A stretch of DNA of 64,000 nucleotides from Podarcis filfolensis (Eukaryota): NCBI GenBank assembly GCA_964270895.1, contig OZ185435.1. The stretch is one strand, 5' to 3'. Under the pieces are notes generated by a model, which saw only the letters and a program-made list of their open reading frames with translations, searched no databases and had not been told where the DNA came from. This document shows positions 27,691 to 40,342 of this stretch, piece after piece (the first letter of the stretch is position 1; every line of letters starts with the position of its first letter). A program made the translations under genes and the position numbers.

Positions 27691-27829
27691 ATAGCTCAGT
27701 TGGTAGAGCCTGAGACTTTTAATCTCAGAGTCGTGGGTTCATTCCCCACACTGGGCAAAAGATACCTGCTTTGCAGGGGGTTAGACTGGATGACCTGTGT
27801 GGTCCCTTCCAATGCTACAATTCTATGAT
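27691..27829 (+). mobile_element. tRNA-Lys-derived SINE with CR1-like 3' tail (near full length)
   Basis: atagctcagttggtagagcctgagacttttaatctcagagtcgtgggttcattccccacactgggca, then gcagggggttagactggatgacc...ggtcccttccaatgctacaattctatgat. Confidence 0.85.
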
Positions 27830-29450
27830 GAGTGGTATAGGTAGCAGAGGGCATACTATGTGTCTTGCAGCAATTTTATATTGGCTCCCAATTTACAAAT
27901 GTTTAGAAGTCAAATCCAACAGCAATAATATAAACAGGAAGGGGATGTAGATTAAAAGCTATGAAATCAGCAAAGCGTATTTAATGTCAAACTGTACCAA
28001 TGTCAGAAATAAAAATTATTATATGGCAAATTAATTGAAGCAATTCACAGTTTGAGAACAACCATTGCATATATAAAATATTAGATTCCTGATTCTAAAA
28101 ATATAGAGTTAATTGCTCTCTTTACTGTCTGCAATGAAAACAGAAATAATGTGGTTTTTTTGGTGTTGGTTTTTTTGGTGTTGGTTGACCAACTTAGGTT
28201 CATTAGAAATCACTGGCATATATATCATCAGTTCATTTTATAAAACGCATTAAGTCGCATCTTTCAGAGGGCGCATTGTGAGCTCAACCCCCCTCAGGTC
28301 ACCCTATGCTGTGATGACATTGCAGGCGATTGTATCATGAAAAAGATAACAATATTCCAGTGTGAATCTGTAAGCTGTCAAAGTGTCAAAAGGTGGTGGA
28401 GGTTTTTTTTGCCCTAAAACCTTTCACTGAAAAGGGGAAAGAATTCCCAAGGTACTAGTAGGAACAAAGATGCATGCCAGTCACTGGAATGCTAGGGAAG
28501 CATTTGATGCTTTCCAATCTGTGCAATAAATTATTTTATATGGAAATAGTCACTTAAATAAGTGGCATTCTAATGTGATAATCTGTTGTGCTTTTTGGTG
28601 CTTTTTTTCCTGGCAACCAGCATTTGTTGCATTCTTATATTAGCACAGCAGTACTAAACCTACTAATGAGGGAGGAAGTTCTACTGATCTTCATGGCACT
28701 TACTTCTGAGTAAGCAGACAAAGGCTCAGAAGGTGCCGGTATGAGTTAACAAGACAACCAATCTATTTCTCACATGTGGGAGATGAAGTGCTAAACAGGA
28801 ATCTTGACTGCACAACTTCAGGTTATAGGTGGATGACTCACATGGCTGAATGCTTCTCGCTACAAATAAAGATTTCTGGAGAGAATTTTAGACTGAAGTG
28901 TGACAGTCTAGGTACAGGTTATATAGTAATATAAAGTCAAGTGAGAGGAGCTAACAAAACGACCCCTTTCCATGCCAGCATTGCCTCAGCCATTGGGAAA
29001 CTGGTGTGGGAAGTAATCATTTTGGCACTGGGATTAGGCAGGCAGGAAACTAGGATGCCCATATGTACAACTTTACAGAGGACAACCCTTGATTTGAATT
29101 TCTGCCAGAAGGAATCCAGGCTAAGTCCAGTCTAAAGGCAAAGAAGCATAAGAAAGGTAGAGCAGGGGCTTTGAAGTTGTCCATCAACTATTAGTACTTG
29201 GACAGCAGACAGAGCAGGCACACAGGTGCTGTGGTCAATTTGTGGCTCTCGATAGGAACGCACTTCAGCAATAGCACCCAAACAGTTCAAAAGGCCTGAA
29301 CAAAGATGTTCAGATCCACATGCACATTGGCTATCTGGGCAAAGCCCAATTTTCATATGGTAATCTCCCTTGCTGGATCAGGATGTTGATGGTTTCATGC
29401 AGCTATGGCATTTCACAAATAACAATGTCCAAATTTTGCATTATAAAATG

Positions 29451-29556
29451 CATGTGAGGGACCTGTGGCCCTCCAGATACTTTTGGACTACAGCTCCCAT
29501 CAGCCATGTTGGCTTGGGTTGATGGCAAATGAGTCCTACATTGGTTCCCCATCCTG
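29451..29556. mobile_element. Degraded copy of the hAT MITE family seen at 6455 and 55758
   Basis: Contains ggccctccagatacttttggactacagctcccatcag and ends in ggttccccatcctg. No clean TSD. Confidence 0.6.
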
Positions 29557-30837
29557 GTTATAGGGCAGCCCCAGGTAACTACTGGGAGGAGGAATCAGTC
29601 CTCTTTATAGTCTATATAACAAATATGTCAATGTAATACATGGGTTATGCTGTATCCTTCACTTGTTCTGCCTGTTTGTTCTCTCACTCAATCACAATTA
29701 AAGAGGTAGGTGCATAGATGACTTTTTTTTTGGTAAATCTTGCAAATGAAAGGTGCTCTTTTTGATAAGGAGGATACAGTGAAGTTACAATTTGTTTCTT
29801 GCTTTTGCCTTTAGCAAAGGTAACCAAAACTGTTGTGATTTAGACAAGGCACTGCAAGGAGTTTTAAAACAATCTGAAAAAATGTAAATAAATTAGATAA
29901 TGAAATGGAAATAGTGTACATTGGGAGAAAAGGTATAGCAATTCCTTTAAAAGGGAAAGGGGGAAAGGGGAATCTCCTGCCTCCATCACACATTGCACTA
30001 TATTGGAAACTGTATAGGAATGAACTGATGGTCTCTGGCAACACTGTCAATTTGACATGCCTAAATAAATTATGTGCATCAGTAGAGACATCTCAAAGGT
30101 GTGTCTTCCTCGGGGACATCGAAGATACCAATAAATGACAATTCAAATATTGAAAGAACAAGTCTATGCACTTTTGTTAAAGTGACATACAAAAAATAAC
30201 AAAATACTGTTTAATTGTTTAAGGGTCCTGTACTCCTTCATAATAATATCATTTCTTACACCTCATGTAACATCCAGTTTTGTGTCTTCGAGCTATGGTG
30301 CTAACCTCTTTTGTGTGAGGATTACTAAAAGTTTTAATTAACTGAATTTAATATGAGGTTGATTGGAAGTGTTAATTGAAGAAACAGTTTTCACCGACTT
30401 TAGACCATGTAATTGCAAAAGAACTTTTACTTGTTATTCCCATTAATACCATCTGCCCAAATCTCTATTTTGTTATCTACTCAAGCTCATTTAACAGTTT
30501 ATTACAAAATCCACATAGGTTATTGATTATAGCATTACGGCCAAGGTATTTCAAGCTAATGCAGCACCTGCTGGGTGAATACAATTATGTTTCAGGAGGC
30601 CATAACAGTGGCCTCCTTGGTCCTTCATCAGTATAGCTATCTGGGACAGAACAGAAGAGATTTCAGAAGATTTGGGATTTGCTTAATTATGAAATGGTTT
30701 AAGGCTCGTGTTTTCTCATTAAAATAAGCACACTAAGGGAAAACATTTTAAGATACTCTGCTACAATGATTTACACTTGAGTCCAATATGACATTAAATT
30801 AGATAACTAGAATAATGTGAATTAATAGGTGCTAATC

Positions 30838-30995
30838 TAGGTCAGTGGCAGAGTGCATGCATGTGGCCCTAGCTTCAGACCCTGCCATCTCCACTTAAAT
30901 GACTGAAACTTGTGAAAGGTCTTAGTCGGAGAGACTGGAGAGCTGCACTAGTGAACCAACCATTTGATTCATTATAAGGCAGCTTCCTGTGTACA
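30838..30995 (+). mobile_element. Degraded Squam2-like SINE
   Basis: tcagtggcagag head, then ccctgccatctcca, ctggagagctgc and the tail ataaggcagcttcctgtgt. Confidence 0.55.
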
Positions 30996-31736
30996 TATAG
31001 CTAAATCAAGTCTGTGTGGCTAAGAGACCCATTAAGTTGAATGCAGCCCATTGACAGCATATGGCAGCCTACCTGGCACCTCATTAAGGCTCTTGATTTT
31101 GCTGCCTGCCCTAGTATTACTCCAGAGACTGTGGGGCTTACTGAGAACCTGAGAGGCTGCATGACTGATTGAGCTACATGGTCACAAGCTGTGCAAAGTC
31201 TGATCAAAATAGTTACGCCAGCCTCAAGAATTACAATGTTATATTGTTATTTATTGCACTATGAATGTATGTATCTGCACAGACAGGCAGCTTGGCAGAA
31301 TCTCAAGGAGGTAAGCATCTACAGCCCACTGTGTGCATATTATCCTACAATACATTTGAGAGATCTAGGCCATGTTCCAAATGCAAGAGCCTGCAAGAGA
31401 CTGAGTGTGTGCAGTGGGGCTTAGCTCTCTTTTGATGGTGGAGATGCTTCCAAAGTGTTCATGGTTGAATGGAGTCCCAGAAACCCTGCAGTGGAACACG
31501 TTCCACAATGAATTGTCCTTGAGATATCTGCAAACAGCAAGCAGCCTTTTTCTTTTGAAATTTTGAAGCAGGGTTCTGCATCAGCGAAAAATAAGGTGTT
31601 AACATTTAAAATATAGAAGAAAAAGAGAGGGAAAAAATAGCATCAAACTTGAATATGGTAACATATGCATGGTCACAATTTGAGCAATAACTACTAAGAT
31701 ACTCAAGGCAACTAACAATCTTCAACATTCTGCATG

Positions 31737-31738
<2 letters not shown>

Positions 31739-31790
<52 letters not shown>

Positions 31791-31792
31791 AC
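31739..31792. repeat. Compound microsatellite (TC)14(AC)13
   Basis: Read directly from the sequence. Confidence 0.95.
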
Positions 31793-33072
31793 TATGTAAT
31801 ATATTCGTAAACACAAAAAAAGACTTGCAATTGCCTGCCTAACTGTGTGATCTAATATTTGGCAAGACAAAATATTACAGTTCACACAAGCATCATAACT
31901 AAGCTTTTCAGGTAAGCCAAGTAAGCTAATCCTGCTGCTTTGGGAAAAGCCTTACACAAACTACAATACTGATGTGTTAGATCACAGGTAATAAGAACTT
32001 ACCTTCTGACACATCAGAGACTGATGTTACTTGACCTAACCTAGTTATGTGCTCAGATTTCAATGGATCTACTCTGACTAAAACTTAGTTGAAAACCACT
32101 CAAAGCCTGAAAGTCATAAAAGCATTTTTTTTGGGGGGGGACTAGTATGCCTGTGGTCCACCTTATCAGGGAACGTCTGTTTTCGCCATCTCTCTGGGAC
32201 TGCAAACAGAACAGTGTGCAAGTCCTGGTGGACCACAAAAATAAATGGTTGGTGGGCTGCATTTGGCTTGATGTCACAATTTGCTCTGGCATGGTAAGAA
32301 GTCACTCTGGTTAGTAAGATTTTACTCAGGACTGCCAATGTTTTTTTCCAGATCTTCCAACCTTGCTTTGTCATTAAAATGAAGCCAAGAATCTCAGGAT
32401 TCTAGGCAAAACTATGCTATGTTTGCACTGCTGATTGTCTATCACATCTCCTTCTGTACCTATATATACACACAATGAAACAAACAGAGATGCACATACA
32501 CTCACACACCAATCCTTAACTGTTGTGATTATTCTTTTGAAATAGCATATTTTCTAGTAAATTCATTTCCTTCAAAATTGCACACAATACAGTCTTATGA
32601 AGCCAATTTTCTTTGGCTTATTTGCAGACTGGTTGTCTTAATACCTGCTTTTGTATACACAGTTTTCAGACTTTCCCACTGAGATGCTCTGAATTATAGC
32701 TAATTCTTCCAATAGGTTTTTCTAATGAATGCCTATTGGTCTTCTTGCTGTTGAAGTAACCATTATCCGATGTTTACTTCCTCTAGGTACGCGTTCCAAA
32801 TTATATAAATCCTCTGTTTGCTGTCCAGATTTAGTAACTGTTATTAGCTGATGGGAAAACATCAAATGAAACAAATAAAAAACTAATCTGCCTGTGAATA
32901 GCATCCCAAAGTAATATATGACTGAGGAGGCATTTGTCAGGTGCTGTATTTACCGCAATCTGGGCCTAGAAACAACAGCAAGTGACATATCCTTTGGAGA
33001 GGACTTATGAGATCAAATTATAACATAATTTTATGCCTTTATGTGTGTATCTGCACAATGTTTGAAATTCAT

Positions 33073-33147
33073 TAAGGCTGGAATCCTAAAGACACTTACC
33101 TGGGACTCATTGAACTTTGGAATCGGCATGCATAGGATTGCACCGTA
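33073..33147. mobile_element. Short old palindromic element
   Basis: The ends aggctggaatccta and taggattgcaccgt are imperfect inverted repeats. Related fragments lie near 7010-7075 and 42780-42820. Confidence 0.45.
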
Positions 33148-35421
33148 AGTATATTATAGTGTTATGGATAGGGATGAGATATGTTTCACAGCTATTTGCA
33201 CTGTGTGGGCAACCTTGAAAAGAATGAATATGTTCTGGGGAGCTATGACAAAAACAGGGACGCAACTCTGATCGGCTGCCCAGTTTCTAACCTTCGATTT
33301 TAAGAAAAATGTGTGACGTTTAGTTTTAGTGTTTATACTATTTTTGTAAGTCACTGTGGGCCACTTTAGTAAGGAAAGCAGTTAATAAACAAATTGTCAA
33401 TCAGATGATTTTTTTTAAATAACCTATTATAGTCTAGATTCTGACAAAAAAAGGGTTTAGGTCCCCCACACCATCTCAGTTACGGACAGACATCCCTGTA
33501 GTATCAGTGTCGTACCAGGGTAAGCAGACCTTGAACAGTCCCCTTACACGTAGAAATAGGATGTGTGGGCCCCAATCCAGGAGGGCTTCTTTGTCCCTTC
33601 TGTGCAGTAAAATGCTCAAGGCACACTGCAGCATATGTGGGCTTCCCCCCTCCTGTTTGAGAAAATACAAAGGCCCTGCATTTTCAAGACAGTGGACAAT
33701 AGATGTCTTATGCATGTCATCACCTGTCCTTAATTGTAGTCAGAAGAATGCTGGAGAAATAAATGAGGATTCTTCTCTCACCTTGCCACACCCACAAATG
33801 ATTTTAACTAGAGAGAAAGTTCAGTGCACTGAAAACCTTTAGTGACATTCCATAAGCTCAGGTATGCAGAACAAGAAAAGGCAGTGAAAGGTCTCAATAT
33901 TAATGCGTGCAATGAATTCCTGGCCATTATGACACCAAATTACCTCTTCTCTTATAGAGAAATTATTTCCTGGACACCTCAGACATGGCTATGACATTTG
34001 ACAACTACTCTGAGCTATAATTGGGATTGGGCTCTAAACTTTTAATGAGATCCTCTGTCTAATGCTGACAACTTAGAAATATGTCACATTCATATACTCG
34101 GCTGCTTGAGGAGCCATGCCTGTTAGTTCTCACTCATCATAGTGTGAGATCTCAAGACAAGGCATAAAGAGCACTTAAACTCTGACTTTTATTAGACCAT
34201 CACCAAAGTGGATTAAGAGAAATATATTGGACAGATTGGCATGCATGATGCTCCACCTATACATGATTGCTATTGGGTGGGGTTCAGATGCACTCACAGA
34301 AGGGCTTTTAGCTCAGCAGAGGCATCCACTAATGCAGGAAAAGGGAAGGACATTCTTGCCAAATCCCCCCTTGCAGCCTTCTCACTTTCTACTCTGTCCT
34401 GGAAGGATCCCAAATTCCCTGGAACTGATTTCCAGGGGGTAACAGAGGCTACAACAGGAGGGTGAATCTGCAAAGCATTGGCTCCCCTTCCATTGCTGGA
34501 TGCTTTCTATAAGGGCACCAACTGGATTCAAAGAACAGATTTAGCAGTGCAGGAGGGAGGAGAGGAGGAAAATGTTCCATTATGCAGGAGAAATTCTTGT
34601 GCTTATAGAACCAAAGCCTTAGTGCTGCACTGAATGCAACCCAAATTTTTCTTGTTGATGTCTCCACCATTAAATTGTTATGTCCCCTCCCACCCCCTTT
34701 ATGCCAGGGATAGCCTACTTCGGCGTGCTTTATTTACGGAGAGAAAACATTGCAATGCAGTTTTCTCAAAGATGATGGGACACCAGAGTATAGTTATGGA
34801 TTCCCCACTAATGTTGCCATATGCTCAAAGAAAAAGAAGCTCAGTGTAAAATCATATGGCAGCAGAATCCAAAGCTGGAATTTATTATTATAGATAACAC
34901 GGCAGAATCTTCAGCAGCACGGCCATGCGTGTCACTATTACCTGCCACATAATAGTTCCTGAGTTTCTCTCCTTCTCTGTTACTTCCCTCCAAGTAAAAG
35001 CAAATTAAGTGAAGTTCTGTCTGTACAGAATATCAATACATCACACATGACTTCAGCAGCAAGACACAAGGCTTAAAGCAAGGCTACCAGTGACTACTTT
35101 GAGACATCATATAATGAGCTGAAATACACAGTCGTGTGCACACTCTATATGGGAGTGAGTTCTGCTGAGCACGGTGGGACTTCCTTCCACATAAGATAGT
35201 CACTTCAATAAGCATTGACCAATAGCTTCATAGCTTCTTCTAATAGCATGAAGATCCATCTCTTAATCAAGCTATACGGGTATTTTACTTACTGTCACCC
35301 CTATCTAGTTCTAACTCTGGGATTGTCTACATTTCCCCTTGTCCTGTGCCTAAAAAGCTTGAGTATGAGCAGTTTTCTGCTTGTCCCATATTTTCTAGGC
35401 ATGGGCCTCAGTGGTTTTCTG

Positions 35422-35560
35422 TTTGCCCCATCACTTTTCCCTGGAAAACCACTCTTTTGTGCTGAATTGGAGCAAACATCAATGTGAGAAAAACCTGGTT
35501 GACATTTGCTCCAATTCAGCAGTAAAGATTGGGTTTTCCTGGGGGAAAGTGGTGGGACAA
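35422..35560. repeat. Fold-back (hairpin) element, copy 1
   Basis: The left arm ...tgctgaattggagcaaacatcaa pairs with the right arm ttgacatttgctccaattcagca.... Pairing extends out to tttgccccatcac/gtggtgggacaaa. The loop is tgtgagaaaaacctgg. Confidence 0.85.
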
Positions 35561-37522
35561 AACTGGATGAGCTAATGAGATGTTCCATGGCATTGCTGCC
35601 TCTGGCCTCATAAGTGGAAAAGAGCAGGAAGACAGTGAATGGCCATGTGGTAAATGTCTTATGGTAGCAAGTGGACTCCTCACTCTCCCCTTCAGCCTAT
35701 ATACACCATGGCACTGCAATGGCCTGAGGGATGCTGCTTGGCTTGGACAAACCTGAATGAAAATTGTCTCACTTCCTGAATGTTGCTAGTTTCAGGTGGG
35801 ATTCAATCGCACGCCAGCAAATTCAGGCTGCATAATTATAGCTGAGTAAGTGGCTTGCACAACAGAGCTGCTTCCACACACAAAAATTGAAGTTTTTGCC
35901 ATGAGAAAAGGGATTGGGAAAGTGTGGGATAACAATTGCTTTGATGTAACATTATCCAGCCTCCATTAAATGGCCAATGCTGTCTAATCTCTTTGCAAAC
36001 AAATCAGTATTAATGCTCAATAAGCAAGTCATCTGAAAGTGCCCTAAGCCTGCTCTAGGGAGATTTATAGAGGAGAAAAGAGGAAAAGAGGGCATGGAAC
36101 TTGGGCAGCCTGATCCAGCTCAGCTTGTACATCTCACCTCCCCTGTTCCATCATGGGGACAAAGGTGCCTGCATAACAGAGGACTCTGATTACCGGTAAC
36201 TCAATGAAATTATAGGACTGGAGTAGCTAATATGGCTTCCGTATGTTATCAGACAACTCCTGTCAGCATTGGACAGCATGATCAATAAGAGTTGTAGCCC
36301 AACAACATCTGGAAGTCACTACCCTGGCTGCATATAATAAACACTGGGCTGCATATCTGGGCAGCAAGTCCCTTTAAGTCTCCTCCAGAGAGATATATTC
36401 ATTTATGTGAATAAAGACAACATATTAAAACTTCCCTAATGGTTCCTCTTTCTCACCTTGGGGGGGGGGGGAGCATGCTGGTGCTGCATCGCAAGTGACA
36501 ACGTAACACCCGGGGAAGCCAGCAAGTACAGCGACGTGAATATTTACAATGGACATGTAGATAATTTAAGAAGTTTCTTAGTATAGTTTGGAAAAGTTAA
36601 GGTGGGGGGGGGGAGGGTGTAAACCTGCTGCCAAAGGGCAACAAAGGCATCAATCCTACTGTGCTCCTTTGTTCCCTAGACAAAGACGTTAGAATAAGTT
36701 CAACCTCAGTGTTAGCTGTTGTCATGCTGATTTATGACACCCAAGCTATGCAAGTCTAGCAACATGCCACACTGTCCACTAGAGATTTGGCAGGGACCAA
36801 ACTTGTTTATTAAAAATACTGCTCCAAACTAATTGAACTTCAGTGACTGAGGTGAAATGATTTTTTTTTTTCCTTTCAGGCAGTTTGACCCTCTCTAGTT
36901 GCCTTTCTAATTTTGTAGAAATTTATTAAAAAATAGAAGAAAATTCCATCCATTATGGAACTGCTTTTTTTTTTAAGTGCTGCAGTGCAGAGGGGGAGAA
37001 GCAAGCAAGCAACAGACATGGGGATAATTGAATATAGTTGCAGAACCCACAGCTAGCACCCAAGAGACTGCTGTTTGTGGAAAGGAGGTGAACAAGAGAG
37101 AGAGAAGGTAAGAGGAGAGACTTCAGTCCTCTCACCACCTACAGCTTCCTTCTCCCTCCTGCTAGCTTTGTGCCTGCTGAGCCTCTCACCATCAGGCAAG
37201 CCAGCCCTAGCAGCTGAGGGCGGCAGTAGTCTTGTGACATCTACAGTCAATCTACAGTAAGCCTTCATAAAATAAGCTTAAGGGCAGGCTGCATTACAAG
37301 TTTTTCTTCTGAATCATGTGGCGATAGCCTCCATGCCAATATAGGCACTACTAGGAATTTGCAACACTATTGCACAAACTCTTCATAAGGGCACATGTTT
37401 TAATTAGTGAATGCCAAGTCTACAGTATCCCAAAAAGGAAACATATTTCACTTTTCAAACCTTTAAAAGACATAAAGGGGGTAAATACCGGTAATTGTTT
37501 GCTTTCTCTGTTGAGGATAGTA

Positions 37523-37870
37523 AAGGTAAAGGGACCCCTGACCATTAGGTCCAGTCATGGACGACTCTGGGGTTGCGGTGCTCATCTTGCTTTACTGGCT
37601 GAGGGAGCTGGTGTTCAGCTTCCGGGTCATGTGGCCAGCATGACTAAGCCGCTTCTGGCGAACCAGAGCAGCTCACGGAAACACTGTTTACCTTCCCACC
37701 AGAGCGGTACCTATTTATCTACTTGCACTTGACGTGCTTTCAAACTGCTAGGTTGGCAGGTGCAGGGACTGAGCAATGGGAGCTCACCCCGTCGCAGGGA
37801 TTCGAACCGCCGACCTTCTGATCGGCAAGCCCTAGGCTCTGTGGTTTAGACCACAGCACCACCCGCGTCC
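37523..37870 (-). mobile_element. Full-length Sauria SINE (Squam1/POMSINE type)
   Basis: On the minus strand it has a tRNA-like head (gggacgcgggtggtgctgtggtctaaacc...ggttcgaatcc) and an (ACCTTT)n BovB-like tail. A 15-bp TSD CTGTTGAGGATAGTA lies at 37508-37522 and 37871-37885. Confidence 0.93.
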
Positions 37871-37956
37871 CTGTTGAGGATAGTACTAGAATTAATAAAG
37901 TATAGTAGAATACTCTATCTATGTATACATTCTTGATGAATGTGAATGGATTAGGA

Positions 37957-38111
37957 TGCGGTAGCCAATGTGCTGCCTTCCAAAGGGATTTCAACTCCCA
38001 TCAGCCCCAGCCTGCCCAGCCAGTGGCCAAGACTGATGGGAGCTGCCCAGCCAGTGGCCAAGACTGATGGGTGTCCAACAACACCTGCACAACCTGGCTT
38101 TAGCTACCCTG
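37957..38111. mobile_element. Degraded hAT MITE with internal tandem duplication
   Basis: caactcccatcagcccc core and terminus gctaccctg. ctgcccagccagtggccaagactgatggg is repeated at 38012-38040 and 38043-38071. Confidence 0.6.
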
Positions 38112-39705
38112 GTCTAAAAGTACCCATCTCTGAAGGAAAGGTGAAGCTAAGGAAGTGTGGAGTTGATCAGTGTCTGGGTGAAGATCACTAGCATCTTCAT
38201 ATAAGCTGCTCTCAGCTTTCTAAAGGGGTACACAATATAAGTATCAACTCAATTTATAAAATCCAGTTGTCAACATTATTCCTCTGTTGCACTTCAAAGT
38301 CAATATGTGCATCCCGACAGAAAATAAGAAATGGTATTCATTATGCTATTGTGTTTCCTACTCTTCGGGTAGCAATAGAATCTAATGGCAATCTGGAAGA
38401 TATCAGAATTTGCTATCCACAGGCACGATTCCAAAACAGAAATAAATCTTCATGTGTCTCATTGGTCTAGATGAAGACATACAGAACACTATTGTGTCTG
38501 TCTCATAGTTTCCCATGAAGTTTATCTACCATTAAATTTAAGAATTCCATTCAAAGAGGTGCTAAACCAATTTTGAAATTAGAAAGCTGACAAAAAAAAT
38601 GTGTTTGAATTTTGACATAAATATTCTGCCATGTTTGTGGATGATGTGCCTTACTATATCTTCCTCAAGCTTATCATCTGTGCATTATTTACAGTGGAAT
38701 TTCATTTTACCTGTTAGGTGATCTCCCAGATTTATGAGGAAAAGTACTGAGATATGGGCATTATTTATCTTATTGAGCATCATCATATTTCCTTGGGCTC
38801 TGTTTCTATTATACTATTGTTTATATATGTTAATATGTAAGAAAGCAATAAGAAACTTCAAAACTTTGTCTAAACCTAGCTGTAGAAAATGGAAAGATTG
38901 CAAATAACATTAAGGCCAATTTGAATTCAGCTTTTCAAAGCAGAGTTTGAATAACATGTGATGACCGTACCTCAGAGGTGGCCCAATCACAAAGCAATTT
39001 CACACCATTGTTTCAGGCAGCAAGCATGTGTGTTTTGGAGGGATTGGTATCCTATGGGACACTGCTCTCTTGTCTTGCTGCCAGTCCAGGTGGACCTACA
39101 GAATCTTTGCATGGATGAGAGGTGTCTGCAGGACCACCACCATTCCCCCCTCCCCATCCTGGTATGCTCTGAGAAAGGATGTGAGCAGCAGGTTAGGCAA
39201 AACATTAAAGTTACTTTCAATTAACTTTACAAGTTTATCTAACTTTAAACAAAGCTTCTAGATGCTGTGCCCAAGAAGAGGTCACCTAGCCACCTTGCCA
39301 GGAATGTCTGCTGTTAGGAATGGCCTTCTCTTTTAGTCCTTTCTCAAAGTGAACCAAGACAGAATAGAGGAGAAAACCTCATTGGCATCGTGGCCACTGC
39401 AGAGGCAAAACCAAACAAATATAAGTGGGCCAGGATGAGGGTTGAGGTGCAGCAGTGACAGAAGCAGCAGCTGGGAGGGGAAGAAGAGGGAGACCAGACA
39501 TGGCAAAGGGAAGGGAGAAAGAAAAGGTGGAGGTGTGACAATGTCTCTCCCCTCACTTTAGGTGGCAGAGAGTTGTGTTCCTGTTCTATTCGCTTGCCAC
39601 TGAGACAGAAAACTAGTTTTCTAGCTTGGCTGATCATTTAGCTCAGCATTTAGACTGCTAGAGTTGCCTGGACAATTGCCTAAACTGTGCTTCGCTGAGG
39701 GTTGG

Positions 39706-40342
39706 TATTGTACTACCAACTTTACTGTATGCTAGCTATTGTACTACCAATCTTACTATATGCTTGTGAAACATGGCCCACGTGTAAACACCATCTCCAT
39801 CTCCTCAAAAGATTCCATCAATGGTGCCTCCAAAAAATTTTACATATCACTTGGGAAGACAGGCGAACTAATGTCAGTGCACTAGAAGAAGCAAAGATCA
39901 CCAGTGTTGAAGCAATAATTCTTCAACATCAACTTCGTTGGACTGCTCATGTTGTTCGGATGCCTGATTATTGTCTTCCAAAGCAACTACTCTGTTTCGA
40001 ACTTAAAAATGGAAAGCGTAATGCTGGTGGTCAACAAAAGAGGTTTAAATACTGTCTCAAGGTAAATCTAAAAAAAAATGTAGTATAAACACCAACAATT
40101 GGGAAACATTGGCCTGGGAGCACTCCAACTGGAGAATAGAATGAAAGGGAGATACGTGCTAAGAGGAAGGCGCGTTTGGCAAACCCTCACCATGATTAAC
40201 TCCTGCCCGGAAACCTATGTCCCCACTGTGGAAGGACATGTGCCTCTAGAATTGGCCTCCGCGGTCACCTATGGACACTGTTAACTGTGTTCATGGAAGA
40301 CAATCTTATATGGGTACGAGTGATCGCCAAAGAAGAAGAAGA
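39706..40342 (+). mobile_element. 5'-truncated RTE-clade LINE (RT C-terminus, terminal Zn-finger-like motif, 3' UTR)
   Basis: ORF 39702-40088 (IVLPILLYACETW...ILHITWEDRRTNVSALEEA...QLRWTAHVVRMPD..LPKQLL) is the typical RTE C-terminal region. It frameshifts at an A9 run, then encodes CPHCGRTCASRIGLRGHLWT and ends in a (GAA)n tail. Confidence 0.9.

Noticed and set aside
27691-27757. Possible tRNA-Lys gene (also 4946-4990)
   Set aside because: The acceptor and T stems are damaged, there is no Pol III terminator after the tRNA part, and the sequence continues into a CR1-like tail. It is a SINE head, not a tRNA gene.
28300-28390. C/D-box snoRNA (TGATGA motif)
   Set aside because: There is no matching CTGA box D or terminal stem, and it is antisense to the host transcript.
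37370-37732. 120-aa ORF, and similar ORFs at 58123-58398, 37740-37994 and 58233-58511
   Set aside because: These are open frames within Sauria SINEs, and similar peptides recur in both copies.
39702-40088. 128-aa ORF as a host gene
   Set aside because: It is the C-terminal part of an RTE reverse transcriptase, 5'-truncated and frameshifted.
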